Shown piece by piece: positions 24,703 to 33,696 of a stretch of DNA of 64,000 nt. The first letter of the stretch is position 1. Each line of letters begins with the position of its first letter. The stretch spans positions 748-64,747 of the forward strand of contig DBEWUK010000050.1 of the NCBI GenBank assembly GCA_048205395.1. Direction: 5' to 3'. Made by a program: the position numbers and the translations under genes. This stretch comes from Collinsella sp. (GTDB lineage Bacteria; Actinomycetota; Coriobacteriia; Coriobacteriales; Coriobacteriaceae). The notes under the pieces are model-generated. The model was not told the DNA's origin, ran no database searches, and was given only the letters and a program-made list of their open reading frames with translations.

Positions 24703-25105
24703 GGCGCTCCCTTCGCCGGGATCTGCTTGCCATCCAATACAGCACGATTGAAGCGTGCCATCAAAACATTCACGCAAAACAATTCGCTCGCGCGGCCAAA
24801 GGCAGTAAACAGGCGGCGAACGGCACCGTTGCAACAGGTCAACCCCTGCAACGCTTACAAAAGCTGACCAAAAGCTTGCCCAAGACGGACCCCCTCTACG
24901 GAAGTGCACGACCACAGAATATAGAGTTAAACCGTTTCAATTGAAAGTTCCGCGCATCTCGCTACGAAAACTGAGCCGTTCGCCGAATATTCCGTGCATT
25001 TCGCGGTATTATAGGGGCTGCATGTCATGTCCCTTTCGAAGGGTCGCCCGGCAATCGCCAGCCACGACCCCCAGACGGGACGCCAACACGATAGAGAGGA
25101 GAGGC

Positions 25106-25840
25106 ATGCAGTACTCACAGGAAGTGGAGAACATGTGCCCCGTTGCCAAGGGTGCATACCACGGCCCCGCACCCATCCCCGAGGAGGGCAAGTGGGTCCA
25201 GGCTAAGGAGATTTCCGACATCTCCGGTCTTACGCACGGTGTGGGTTGGTGCGCACCTCAGCAGGGCGCCTGCAAGCTCACGCTGAACGTCAAGGACGGC
25301 ATCATCGAGGAGGCCCTCGTTGAGACCATCGGCTGCTCGGGCATGACCCACTCTGCCGCCATGGCTTCCGAGATCCTTCCCGGTAAGACCATCCTCGAGG
25401 CCCTCAACACCGACCTCGTCTGCGACGCCATCAACGTTGCTATGCGCGAGATCTTCCTGCAGATCGTTTACGGCCGCAGCCAGACCGCGTTCTCCGAGGG
25501 CGGCCTGCCCGTGGGCGCCTCCCTCGACGACCTCGGCAAGGGCCTTCGCTCTCAGGTCGGCACCATGTTCGGCACCAAGGCCAAGGGCGCTCGTTACCTC
25601 GAGCTCGCTCAGGGCTACGTCACCCGCATGGCTCTCAACGACAAGAACGAGATCATCGCATTCGAGTTCCTGAACCTCGGCAAGTTCACCGACGCCGTCA
25701 AGGCCGGCAAGACCCCCGAGGAGGCCATCGCTGGCGCTATGGGCCACTATGGTCAGTGGGAGAACGCTGCCAAGTACATCGACCCGCGCACCGACGAGGA
25801 GACTCACTCCGTCGCCAGCGTGTTCCCGGTTCACGAGTAG
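25106..25840 (+). CDS. NifU-N/IscU-like domain protein with ~130-aa C-terminal extension (uncharacterised)
   Basis: Within ORF 24941..25840. The start is ATG 25106, after GAGAGGAGAGG. The Cys pattern is GWCAPQQGACKL / IGCSGMTHSAAMASE / LVCDAINVA, as in IscU scaffolds. Confidence 0.7.
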   Translation: MQYSQEVENMCPVAKGAYHGPAPIPEEGKWVQAKEISDISGLTHGVGWCAPQQGACKLTLNVKDGIIEEALVETIGCSGMTHSAAMASEILPGKTILEALNTDLVCDAINVAMREIFLQIVYGRSQTAFSEGGLPVGASLDDLGKGLRSQVGTMFGTKAKGARYLELAQGYVTRMALNDKNEIIAFEFLNLGKFTDAVKAGKTPEEAIAGAMGHYGQWENAAKYIDPRTDEETHSVASVFPVHE

Positions 25841-25858
25841 AAAGGGAGGGAAATAACT

Positions 25859-26863
25859 ATGACTGTTACGTTCGAAGGTTACGAGCGCCGCGCTGACAAG
25901 ATCAACAAGTGCCTCGCCGACAACGGCATCGCCTCCCTCGAGGAAGCTCTGCAGATCTGCACCGACAAGGGCTTCAACCCGCGTGAGATCGTCAACAACA
26001 CCCAGTCCATCGCCTTCCAGAACGCCGAGTGGGCCTACACCCTCGGTTGCGCTCTCGCTGTCAAGCGTGGCGCCAAGTCCGCTTCTGAGGCTGCCGCCAT
26101 CATCGGCGAGGGCATCCAGGCCTTCACCGTTCCCGGCTCCGTCGCCGAGGACCGCAAGGTCGGTCTGGGCCACGGCAACCTGGGCGCTATGCTGCTCTCC
26201 GACGACACCGAGTGCTTCGCCTTCCTGGCCGGTCACGAGTCCTTCGCTGCCGCTGAGGGTGCTATCGGCCTGGCTCTAAACGCCAACAAGGCTCGCAAGA
26301 AGCCGCTGCGCGTCATCCTCAACGGTCTGGGCAAGGACGCTGCTCAGATCATCGCCCGCATCAACGGCTTCACCTACGTGAAGACCCAGTTCGACTACTT
26401 CACGGGCGAGCTCAAGGTCGTCGAGACCATCCCCTACTCCGATGGTCCCCGCGCCGCCGTCAACTGCTACGGCGCCGACGACGTCCGCGAGGGCGTTGCC
26501 ATCATGTGGCACGAGAACGTCGACATCTCGATCACCGGTAACTCCACCAACCCCACGCGCTTCCAGCACCCCGTCGCTGGCACCTACAAGAAGGAGCGCC
26601 TCGAGGCTGGCAAGAAGTACTTCTCCGTCGCTTCTGGTGGCGGCACTGGTCGTACCCTGCACCCGGACAACATGGGCGCCGGCCCTGCCTCTTACGGCAT
26701 GACCGACACCATGGGCCGTATGCACTCCGACGCCCAGTTCGCCGGTTCTTCCTCCGTGCCTGCGCACGTCGACATGATGGGTCTCATCGGCATGGGCAAC
26801 AACCCCATGGTCGGTGCCACCGTCGCCTGCGCTGTCGCCGTCGAGGAGGCCCTCAAGGCCTAA
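25859..26863 (+). CDS. GGGtGRT family protein (function unknown)
   Basis: 334 aa. It contains the name-giving motif SGGGTGRTLHPDNMGAGPASYGMTDTMGRMH. The RBS is AAGGGAGGGA. It starts 18 nt after the NifU-like gene. Confidence 0.75.
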   Translation: MTVTFEGYERRADKINKCLADNGIASLEEALQICTDKGFNPREIVNNTQSIAFQNAEWAYTLGCALAVKRGAKSASEAAAIIGEGIQAFTVPGSVAEDRKVGLGHGNLGAMLLSDDTECFAFLAGHESFAAAEGAIGLALNANKARKKPLRVILNGLGKDAAQIIARINGFTYVKTQFDYFTGELKVVETIPYSDGPRAAVNCYGADDVREGVAIMWHENVDISITGNSTNPTRFQHPVAGTYKKERLEAGKKYFSVASGGGTGRTLHPDNMGAGPASYGMTDTMGRMHSDAQFAGSSSVPAHVDMMGLIGMGNNPMVGATVACAVAVEEALKA

Positions 26864-26898
26864 TCGCGCCCGCGCGATGCTCATATAGTTGAGCTTTG

Positions 26899-26931
26899 GA
26901 GCCGCTACCCACCCGGGTAGCGGCTCTTTTT
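26899..26931 (+). terminator. intrinsic terminator after the GGGtGRT gene
   Basis: GAGCCGCTACCC-ACCC-GGGTAGCGGCTC followed by TTTTT. Confidence 0.7.
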
Positions 26932-27119
26932 GTTTGCGCTGTCGCAGGGTAGCTAATGCCGATATATCAGTTGGGGCGAAATACAAGATGTGATGAGATG
27001 GAGCGTCAGAGCGTCCATGACGCCCACCTGCCATATTTGCCCTTTACCGATTTGCCGAGTCTTTGCGGCCCCATTGCCGATCACCCGTGCGACAATGCGC
27101 CGGACGAGAAAGGAATCCG

Positions 27120-28646
27120 ATGGAATCGACTGATGTACTGGTAATTGGATCTGGCATTGCGGGCCTTTGTGCCGCCATCGAAGCGGCACGCACGGGTGCA
27201 ACCGTCACTGTGGCAAGCGCCGGCAAGACCATGAGTGGATCGAGCTTCTTCCCGGGTACCTGGGGCCTCGGCCTCATCGGTCCCGTCGACGAAGACGACG
27301 AGCAGGACCTCATCGACACCATCCTGGCCGTCGGCGGCGGCGTTGCCGACCCCGAACTCGTCCAAACGTTCGTCCACGGCATTCCCCAAGCGATTGACTG
27401 GCTCGAGCAAGACCTGGGCGTTGAGCTCCAGCGTCCGCAAAGCGCCAAGAGTGCTCAACAAAAGCAATTTATCCCCTGCTTTGACCACAAGACGCGCATG
27501 TGGCGCGGCCTCACCCGCAAGCCCCTTGAGGACGCTCTGACGACCTGGATCGAGTCGCTCGGCATTCGCCTGCTCCCCCGCCATGAGCTTATCGACCTTG
27601 TTGAGGACACGAACGGCAGAATAACCGGAACCGTACTCTACGACCTTACCGAAAATCGAATCGTGCCCTTTGCTGCCAAGGCCACGATCATCGCAGCCGG
27701 TGGCACAGGCGGCCTGTTCGAGCGCAGCCTTACGTCGGCTGATGTGCTCAGCTCCTCGCAGGCCATCGCACTGGCGCACGGCGCAACACTTACTAATATA
27801 GAGTTCATGCAGATGATGCCTGGCTTCATCGAGCCCAGGCGTAACTTGGTCTTCAACGAGAAAACCTGGCGCTACGTGCATGTAGACCAGCCGGTAGATA
27901 TTGCCGACGACAAGCTGGACGACCTGCTCGAGCAGCGCTCTGGATATGGTCCCTTCACGTCACGCTTGGCCTCCCGCGCTATCGATCTCGTCATCGAACA
28001 GGCAGGTGCCGAAGGCCTGGCACTCCACTACGACTTCCCCCGCGAGGATGTCCCAGAGTTTGTGCAGACCTTTGCCACCTGGCTGCAAGACGAGCACGGC
28101 ATCGCGCCGACCGACGAGATGCGCGTTGCGATGTATGCCCACGCCGCTAACGGCGGCATCAAGATCGATAAGACCGCGCACACGGGCGTTGAGGGCCTCT
28201 ACGCTTGCGGCGAGGCGACAGGCGGCATGCACGGCGCCGACCGCATTGGTGGCTTGTCAAGCGCCAACGGCATCGTGTTCGGGCGCGTCGCGGGCGCATC
28301 GGCAGCCCTTGCAGCGCAGAAGGAGCCTGAGGCAGCCCTGAAGGCGGATATCACCCTCCCCCAGTACGGCATTGCCACAACAGATGCCGAACGCCTGACA
28401 CACAGCCTTAGGCACACGATGAGCACCTATTGCATGATCAACAGGACCGAAACAGGCCTATCCGAGGCCCTGCAACAGCTTGAAAGCCTGCAAGACGAAG
28501 CCACGGCTCTAAATAAGCCACATGCCAACGACAGCGAAATCGCTGCCCTCGCCCGCCTGCAATCGCAGATTCGACTAGCACAGGAAATGGTCAAAGCCAT
28601 GCGCAAGCGAACTGAAAGCTTAGGTTCGCACTATCGAGCAGACTAA
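27120..28646 (+). CDS. FAD-dependent oxidoreductase (fumarate reductase / L-aspartate oxidase flavoprotein family)
   Basis: Within ORF 27063..28646. The start is ATG 27120, after GAAAGGAA. Motifs: DVLVIGSGIAGLCAAIEAA (dinucleotide fold) and GLYACGEATGGMHGADRIGGLSSANGIVFG. Confidence 0.8.
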   Translation: MESTDVLVIGSGIAGLCAAIEAARTGATVTVASAGKTMSGSSFFPGTWGLGLIGPVDEDDEQDLIDTILAVGGGVADPELVQTFVHGIPQAIDWLEQDLGVELQRPQSAKSAQQKQFIPCFDHKTRMWRGLTRKPLEDALTTWIESLGIRLLPRHELIDLVEDTNGRITGTVLYDLTENRIVPFAAKATIIAAGGTGGLFERSLTSADVLSSSQAIALAHGATLTNIEFMQMMPGFIEPRRNLVFNEKTWRYVHVDQPVDIADDKLDDLLEQRSGYGPFTSRLASRAIDLVIEQAGAEGLALHYDFPREDVPEFVQTFATWLQDEHGIAPTDEMRVAMYAHAANGGIKIDKTAHTGVEGLYACGEATGGMHGADRIGGLSSANGIVFGRVAGASAALAAQKEPEAALKADITLPQYGIATTDAERLTHSLRHTMSTYCMINRTETGLSEALQQLESLQDEATALNKPHANDSEIAALARLQSQIRLAQEMVKAMRKRTESLGSHYRAD

Positions 28647-28819
28647 ATCGATTCTCACTTTGAGTTTGATCACAACTTCTCAACATGCATCGAGCCCCGT
28701 AAGCATGATTCCCCTAAGGAGAACACGCCTACGGGGCTTTAGCCGTGTTTCCCTAAGGGAATCACGGTGCAGATTACTCAGCTCCGCGCCCTTTCGGGTT
28801 CGACCCCATGCGTGGTCAA

Positions 28820-28851
28820 CAAAAAAGCGACCAGCCTGAGCCAGTCGCTTT
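28820..28851 (-). terminator. intrinsic terminator downstream of the tRNA-His/tRNA-Lys pair
   Basis: On the minus strand: AAAGCGAC-12 nt-GTCGCTTTTTTG. Confidence 0.6.
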
Positions 28852-28864
28852 AACGATCTTTGGG

Positions 28865-28937
28865 TGGGCCGTCAGGGGGTCGAACCCTGGACCTTGGGAT
28901 TAAGAGTCCCCTGCTCTACCAACTGAGCTAACGACCC
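28865..28937 (-). tRNA. tRNA-Lys (anticodon CTT)
   Basis: Hand-folded 73-nt cloverleaf. Acceptor GGGTCGT/ACGGCCC, D arm GCTC-AGTTGGTA-GAGC, anticodon loop CTCTTAA, T arm CAGGG-TTCGACC-CCCTG. CCA is not encoded. Confidence 0.9.
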
Positions 28938-28959
28938 GATAACAACACGAAGCAAGAAC

Positions 28960-29037
28960 TGGGGTGGGTAAAGGGACTCGAACCCTCGACCTACGGGACC
29001 ACAACCCGTCGCTCTAGCCAACTGAGCTACACCCACC
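28960..29037 (-). tRNA. tRNA-His (anticodon GTG), with encoded G-1 and CCA
   Basis: Hand-folded. G-1 plus GTGGGTG/TACCCAC acceptor, anticodon stem-loop ACGGG-TTGTGGT-CCCGT, T loop TTCGAGT. The 3' end is C-CCA. Confidence 0.9.
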
Positions 29038-29202
29038 GTGTCCTGTGCGCTTCGCGCTCGACTATTATTGCAAGGAACGCCACGCGATGCAAGCCCCAAT
29101 TTTCAAGAATTTTGAAAAGAGTTTTTCGAGCGCGTTTCGAGCAATTCCCACCGGTTCCATAGGAGTAAACTTGCCCCACTGCAAATCCTCGAAAGGACCG
29201 GC

Positions 29203-30384
29203 ATGAAAGAACTCTCCAACCGCACGGCAACATTTACCGATTCGGTCATCCGCCGCATGACACGCATCTCCAATAAGTACGATGCCGTCAATCTCTCGCA
29301 GGGCTTCCCCGACTTCGATCCTCCGGCGCAGCTGCTCAACAGCCTGAGCACCATCGCCGCCGACCCCAAGCCGCTCTACCACCAGTACTCCATTACCTGG
29401 GGCTCCCAGGCCATGCGCGAGGCGCTCGCCGCCAAACAGGAGCACTTTATGGGCATGCCGATCGACCCCAACCAGAATATCGTGGTCACCTGCGGCTCCA
29501 CCGAGGCCATGATGGCCGCCATGATGACGGTTACGAACCCCGGAGACAAGGTCGTCATCTTCTCGCCGTTCTACGAGAACTACGGCGCTGACACCATTCT
29601 CTCGGGTGCCGAGCCCATCTATGTGCCGCTCAACCCGCCCACATTCGACTTTGACCGCGAGGCGCTCGAGGCTGCCTTCCGCGACAACGACCCCAAGGCC
29701 ATCGTCCTGTGCAACCCTTCCAACCCCTGCGGCAAGGTCTTTACGCGCGAAGAGCTCACCTTTATCGCCGACCTGTGCAAAAAGTACGACGCGTACTGCA
29801 TCACCGACGAAGTCTACGAGCACATCGTCTACGCGCCCCATGAGCACGTCTACATGGCCACGCTGCCCGGCATGTTCGAGCGAACCATCAGCTGCAGCTC
29901 GCTGTCTAAGACGTACTCCATCACCGGCTGGCGTCTGGGCTACACCATCGCCCCAGCCCAGATCACCGAGCGCATCAAGAAGGTCCACGACTTTCTCACC
30001 GTGGGTGCCGCCGCTCCCCTGCAGGAAGCCGTTGTCACCGCCCTCAACTTCGACGACAGCTATTACGATGAGGTCCTCGACCTCTACACCGCCAAACGCG
30101 ACCTGTTCTGCCAGGGGCTCGATAGCATCGGTCTTGAGCATAACGTGCCGCAGGGCGCCTACTACGTCATGATGGACATCTCTGAGTTTGGCTATGACAG
30201 CGACCTCGAATTCTGCGAGGACCTCGCATCCAAGGTGGGCGTGGGCGCCGTGCCCGGCTCGAGCTTCTTCCGCGAGCCCGTCAACCATCTGATTCGTTTC
30301 CACTTTGCCAAGCGGGACGAGACGCTTAACGCGGCACTGGAGAACCTCAAGTCGCTACGTGATAAAATCAAGCCGCGCGGGTAA
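29203..30384 (+). CDS. PLP-dependent aminotransferase, class I/II (methionine/kynurenine aminotransferase-like)
   Basis: 393 aa. Motifs: NLSQGFPDF, CNPSNPCGKVFT, SLSKTYSITGWRLGY (PLP lysine). Confidence 0.85.
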   Translation: MKELSNRTATFTDSVIRRMTRISNKYDAVNLSQGFPDFDPPAQLLNSLSTIAADPKPLYHQYSITWGSQAMREALAAKQEHFMGMPIDPNQNIVVTCGSTEAMMAAMMTVTNPGDKVVIFSPFYENYGADTILSGAEPIYVPLNPPTFDFDREALEAAFRDNDPKAIVLCNPSNPCGKVFTREELTFIADLCKKYDAYCITDEVYEHIVYAPHEHVYMATLPGMFERTISCSSLSKTYSITGWRLGYTIAPAQITERIKKVHDFLTVGAAAPLQEAVVTALNFDDSYYDEVLDLYTAKRDLFCQGLDSIGLEHNVPQGAYYVMMDISEFGYDSDLEFCEDLASKVGVGAVPGSSFFREPVNHLIRFHFAKRDETLNAALENLKSLRDKIKPRG

Positions 30385-30410
30385 GGACGGCCCGGCAACT
30401 AAAGCAACCA

Positions 30411-30452
30411 AAGAAGCCCCGCACCGCCCGCCACGTTGCGAGGCTTCTTTTT
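30411..30452 (+). terminator. intrinsic terminator after the aminotransferase gene
   Basis: AAGAAGCCCCGCA-13 nt-TGCGAGGCTTCTT with one mismatch, followed by TTT. Confidence 0.55.
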
Positions 30453-30525
30453 ATAGCGCTTTCTTAAATGGTTTAGAGCCCTATACTTTAGTCACGGAGC
30501 AACTCGTCCCAGAGAGAGGAATACT

Positions 30526-31416
30526 ATGGCAGAACAGCAGCTTATCGGAGCGCTCGAGGCCGGCGGCACCAAGATGGTCTGCGCCACGGGCTATGCAGAC
30601 GGTACGGTCCTGGAGCGTGAGCAGATCGCGACCACGACCCCGCAGGAGACCGTTGAGGCCGTCAATGCATGGTTTGCCGACAAGGGCATCGCCGCGCTGG
30701 GCATCGGCGCCTTTGGCCCCACCGCAGTCAACCCTGCCTCGCCCCAATACGGCAAGATCCTGGAGACGCCCAAAACGGCATGGCGCTACTTTGACCTGCT
30801 GGGCACTATCCAAAACGAGCTCAATATCCCCTGCGGCTACGACACCGACGTCAACGTCGCCTGCCTGGGCGAGGTCACCTTTGGTTGCGCCCAGGGCCTC
30901 ACTGACGTTGTGTATCTGACCATCGGCACCGGCGTGGGCGCCGGCGTGCTCTCGGGCGGCCAGCTTGTGCACGGCATGATGCATCCCGAGGCCGGCCACA
31001 TCCTGGTCACGCGCGACCCGCGCGACACCATCGGCGAGCATAGCGCCTGCCCCTTCCACGACAACTGCCTCGAGGGCCTCATCGCCGGCCCCGGCGTTAA
31101 AAAGCGCTGGGATGGCAAGAGCGCCGGAGACATGGCCGATGACCCGGAGGCCATGGACCTGCTCGCCGGCTATCTGGCACAGGCGCTCATGACCTACACG
31201 CTGTGCTACGCGCCGCAAAAGATCATCATCGGTGGCGGCGTGGCCGACCACACCCCCATCGTGCCGCTCGCGCGCAAGAAGTGTGCCGAGATGCTCAACG
31301 GCTATATCGTCACGCCCGAGGTCAACGACATCGATAACTACATCGTCAACAACAGCCTCGAGGGCAAGCAGGGCATCATGGGCTGCCTGGCCCTGGGCGC
31401 ACAGGCGCTTCAGTAG
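30526..31416 (+). CDS. ROK-family sugar kinase (fructokinase-like)
   Basis: 296 aa. Motifs: LEAGGTKMVCA, DTDVNVACLGE, LTIGTGVGAG, HPEAGH...CPFHDNCLEG (ROK zinc motif). Confidence 0.8.
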   Translation: MAEQQLIGALEAGGTKMVCATGYADGTVLEREQIATTTPQETVEAVNAWFADKGIAALGIGAFGPTAVNPASPQYGKILETPKTAWRYFDLLGTIQNELNIPCGYDTDVNVACLGEVTFGCAQGLTDVVYLTIGTGVGAGVLSGGQLVHGMMHPEAGHILVTRDPRDTIGEHSACPFHDNCLEGLIAGPGVKKRWDGKSAGDMADDPEAMDLLAGYLAQALMTYTLCYAPQKIIIGGGVADHTPIVPLARKKCAEMLNGYIVTPEVNDIDNYIVNNSLEGKQGIMGCLALGAQALQ

Positions 31417-31498
31417 CAGACGCACCCACAGGGCGTGGCGCGTCCGGCAAATCCGATCTACGGAACGACGCCACCACGCCTCATATAAGCCCTCAAAT

Positions 31499-31544
31499 AA
31501 AAAGGCCGCCTAGGAACAAACAATACGTCCTAGGCGGCCTTTTT
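31499..31544. terminator. bidirectional intrinsic terminator between the ROK kinase and vanZ
   Basis: AAAAAGGCCGCCTAGGA-12 nt-TCCTAGGCGGCCTTTTT. The vanZ stop codon lies inside the right arm. Confidence 0.7.
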
Positions 31545-31979
31545 GGTGCACATCAGCGACCGTAAGAGATATCGGAGCACAACGCCCGTTGCAGCTCCAC
31601 AGCAGTCGATCATCACATCGGTGATCATGCCGGCGCGTCCCGGCACAAAGAGCTGAATCGTTTCGTCGATCGAGGGAATCAGCAGCAGGAACACCGCCGT
31701 GGGCAGCAGCACGTCAAAGGTGCGCCGGCCCTCAAAATCAAAGGCGTGCGTTGCCAAGATGCCGAGCACCATATACTCGGTAAAATGCGCGCACTTGCGA
31801 ACAACAAAGTTGGTCACCCATTCATATGGAAGTCCCACGCCGTGCAGGAAACCGCGGAAAGCTTCCATGACCGTCAGGCTCAGCGAGCCCGACCCCGAGC
31901 CGGGAACCAGCGAATTGCCCCAGATCAAGAGCGCCATCAGGCAGGTTACAACCGCCCATTTTCGATTGATCTTAACCAT
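31530..31979 (-). CDS. VanZ-family membrane protein
   Basis: 149 aa with 4 TM-like segments: RKCAHFTEYMVLGIL...DETIQLFVPGRAGMITDVMIDCCG. Confidence 0.75.
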   Translation of the reverse strand: MVKINRKWAVVTCLMALLIWGNSLVPGSGSGSLSLTVMEAFRGFLHGVGLPYEWVTNFVVRKCAHFTEYMVLGILATHAFDFEGRRTFDVLLPTAVFLLLIPSIDETIQLFVPGRAGMITDVMIDCCGAATGVVLRYLLRSLMCTKKAA

Positions 31980-31986
31980 GCAGAAG

Positions 31987-33387
31987 TTATGCCTCCGCGC
32001 GGAGCGGCGCGAAGCTGGCGGTACCGCCCTCGATAACGCTCAAATAGGCACGGCCCGTACGCTTGGCGGTAGAGGACTGCAGGCGCTCGATCTCTTCCTC
32101 GAGGATCTGATTGACGCGCTCGTGACGACGATTTTCCATAATGCCGGCGGCAATAGCCTCGGCCCGCTCGATGCTCTCGCGCGAGATGCGGGCAGTATCC
32201 TCAGGGAACACAGCGCTGTGACGGCCGACATAGGCGGGGGCAGCAGGCTGAGGGGCAGCGACGGGAGCGGGGGCTGCAACAGAAGCAGGCTCGTCAATCT
32301 CATCCAGAATCGCGGTAGCGGCGGCCCACATGTCCTCGTGGCCCGAGTAATCGGCCATGGGAACATCAACCTCGAGCGAGGCGTCCGGAAGGTCGCCGGT
32401 GTCGATGCGATCTTGGGCATCAATCGATGCGGTGATGGCTGCAGGCTCATCGAGGTCATCAAGATCGATGTCCGCGGCACCGGAGATGATAGGCATGCTG
32501 GCGAGGTTTGCATTGTACGGCGCAGCCTCAGCCGCCTGCTGCTGGGCAGGAGCGCCCCAAAGCGAGCTTTCGGCGGCACGGCGGGCGGCAACGGCCTCCT
32601 CGTCCGCGGCCATGGCTTCATCAACGTACGAATTGTCGGCAGAAGCGTTCGCGTCCGCCGAGGTAGCGCTGTAGGCGTTATTGGCTGCCGCGTTGGCGAC
32701 GAGTGCCACGAAAGCCGCCGTGCTGCCCGCAGGGGCGGCCTGGGAGCCAGACACGGCGCGTGCCGCGGCGGCGATGTCGTCGCGATTGAAGGAGCCGGTC
32801 TGCCCGCCGTTGGTGAGCTCGTCGATGGCGACTTGATAGACGTCGCGCGAGTGTGCAGGGTCGCAGCTCACCGGCGAATCGTCGTCGAGCATACCGTCGA
32901 TCATGGACCAAGCCTCGTCCTCGTCCATAGCATCTGCGGCTCGAGCGATGGTAGGGACACCATCATCGGCATGACGGCGCTGGAACGCACCAGTCAGGCC
33001 GGAAAGGAATGCCGAGGTAGACTGCTCCGCCTGAGCCTGAGAAGCAGAAGCCACAGCGTAAGGAATCGCATCCTGCTGCTGAGCTGGAATCGAGGCGGTC
33101 TTGAACTCGCTTTGATGCTGATTGAGATTGGCGGCACCGCCCATGGCATCGGGCTGGAACAGACGCTCTTCACGCTGCGCACGGTACTCGGAGATACCCA
33201 GCGAGGCGGCATAGATACCCACGCCCGCCACCGCGCCCACGGCGAAGGGAACCGCACCCGCCACGACCGTCTCGTTCACCGACGAAAACGGCAGCGTCGC
33301 GGCATACATAACCACGGGAGCGGCAAGGCCGATCCCGCACGAAAGTCCGGCAAGGACTGCTCGTTGTGTTGCATCAGAAGAAGCCAT
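31987..33387 (-). CDS. hypothetical membrane-anchored, Ala/Asp/Glu-rich low-complexity protein
   Basis: Within ORF 31987..33414. The start is ATG 33387, after GGGGAGAG. Two N-terminal hydrophobic segments are followed by about 380 aa of acidic low complexity. The gene ends 8 nt before vanZ. Confidence 0.5.
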   Translation of the reverse strand: MASSDATQRAVLAGLSCGIGLAAPVVMYAATLPFSSVNETVVAGAVPFAVGAVAGVGIYAASLGISEYRAQREERLFQPDAMGGAANLNQHQSEFKTASIPAQQQDAIPYAVASASQAQAEQSTSAFLSGLTGAFQRRHADDGVPTIARAADAMDEDEAWSMIDGMLDDDSPVSCDPAHSRDVYQVAIDELTNGGQTGSFNRDDIAAAARAVSGSQAAPAGSTAAFVALVANAAANNAYSATSADANASADNSYVDEAMAADEEAVAARRAAESSLWGAPAQQQAAEAAPYNANLASMPIISGAADIDLDDLDEPAAITASIDAQDRIDTGDLPDASLEVDVPMADYSGHEDMWAAATAILDEIDEPASVAAPAPVAAPQPAAPAYVGRHSAVFPEDTARISRESIERAEAIAAGIMENRRHERVNQILEEEIERLQSSTAKRTGRAYLSVIEGGTASFAPLRAEA

Positions 33388-33628
33388 GAGCTCTCCCCAT
33401 CTTCCAGCACCCAAATCGCATCATTCAGTTGGCTGCGCGAGAGAAGATGAAGCGGGGCTATGCCCCAAAGCAACGGTATATGGTTCGTTTCATCTGCGTT
33501 TTCCGTCGCGAAGCTTGAAAACTATTATGCGAAACCGCCCTGTCGATTGCAAGCGACGATGTCGGATTGAAACGGAAACCTGCTGCTCATCGGTCTTATG
33601 GTCGATAACTGGCGCCGAGTGGCGATAT

Positions 33629-33657
33629 AAAAAGGGCCGAGGCGCAAGCCCCGACCC
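33629..33657 (-). terminator. intrinsic terminator after rho
   Basis: On the minus strand: GGGUCGGGG-CUUGCG-CCUCGGCCC with two G-U pairs, followed by UUUUU. Confidence 0.6.
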
Positions 33658-33696
33658 TTCATCGCGCCGGCAATAACGCCGCGTGCGGTTGACGAC

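Noticed and set aside
28865-29037. tRNA-His encodes its CCA end while tRNA-Lys and tRNA-Ala do not
   Set aside because: Mixed CCA encoding within one genome is common in Gram-positive bacteria. It is noted but is not unusual enough for a finding.
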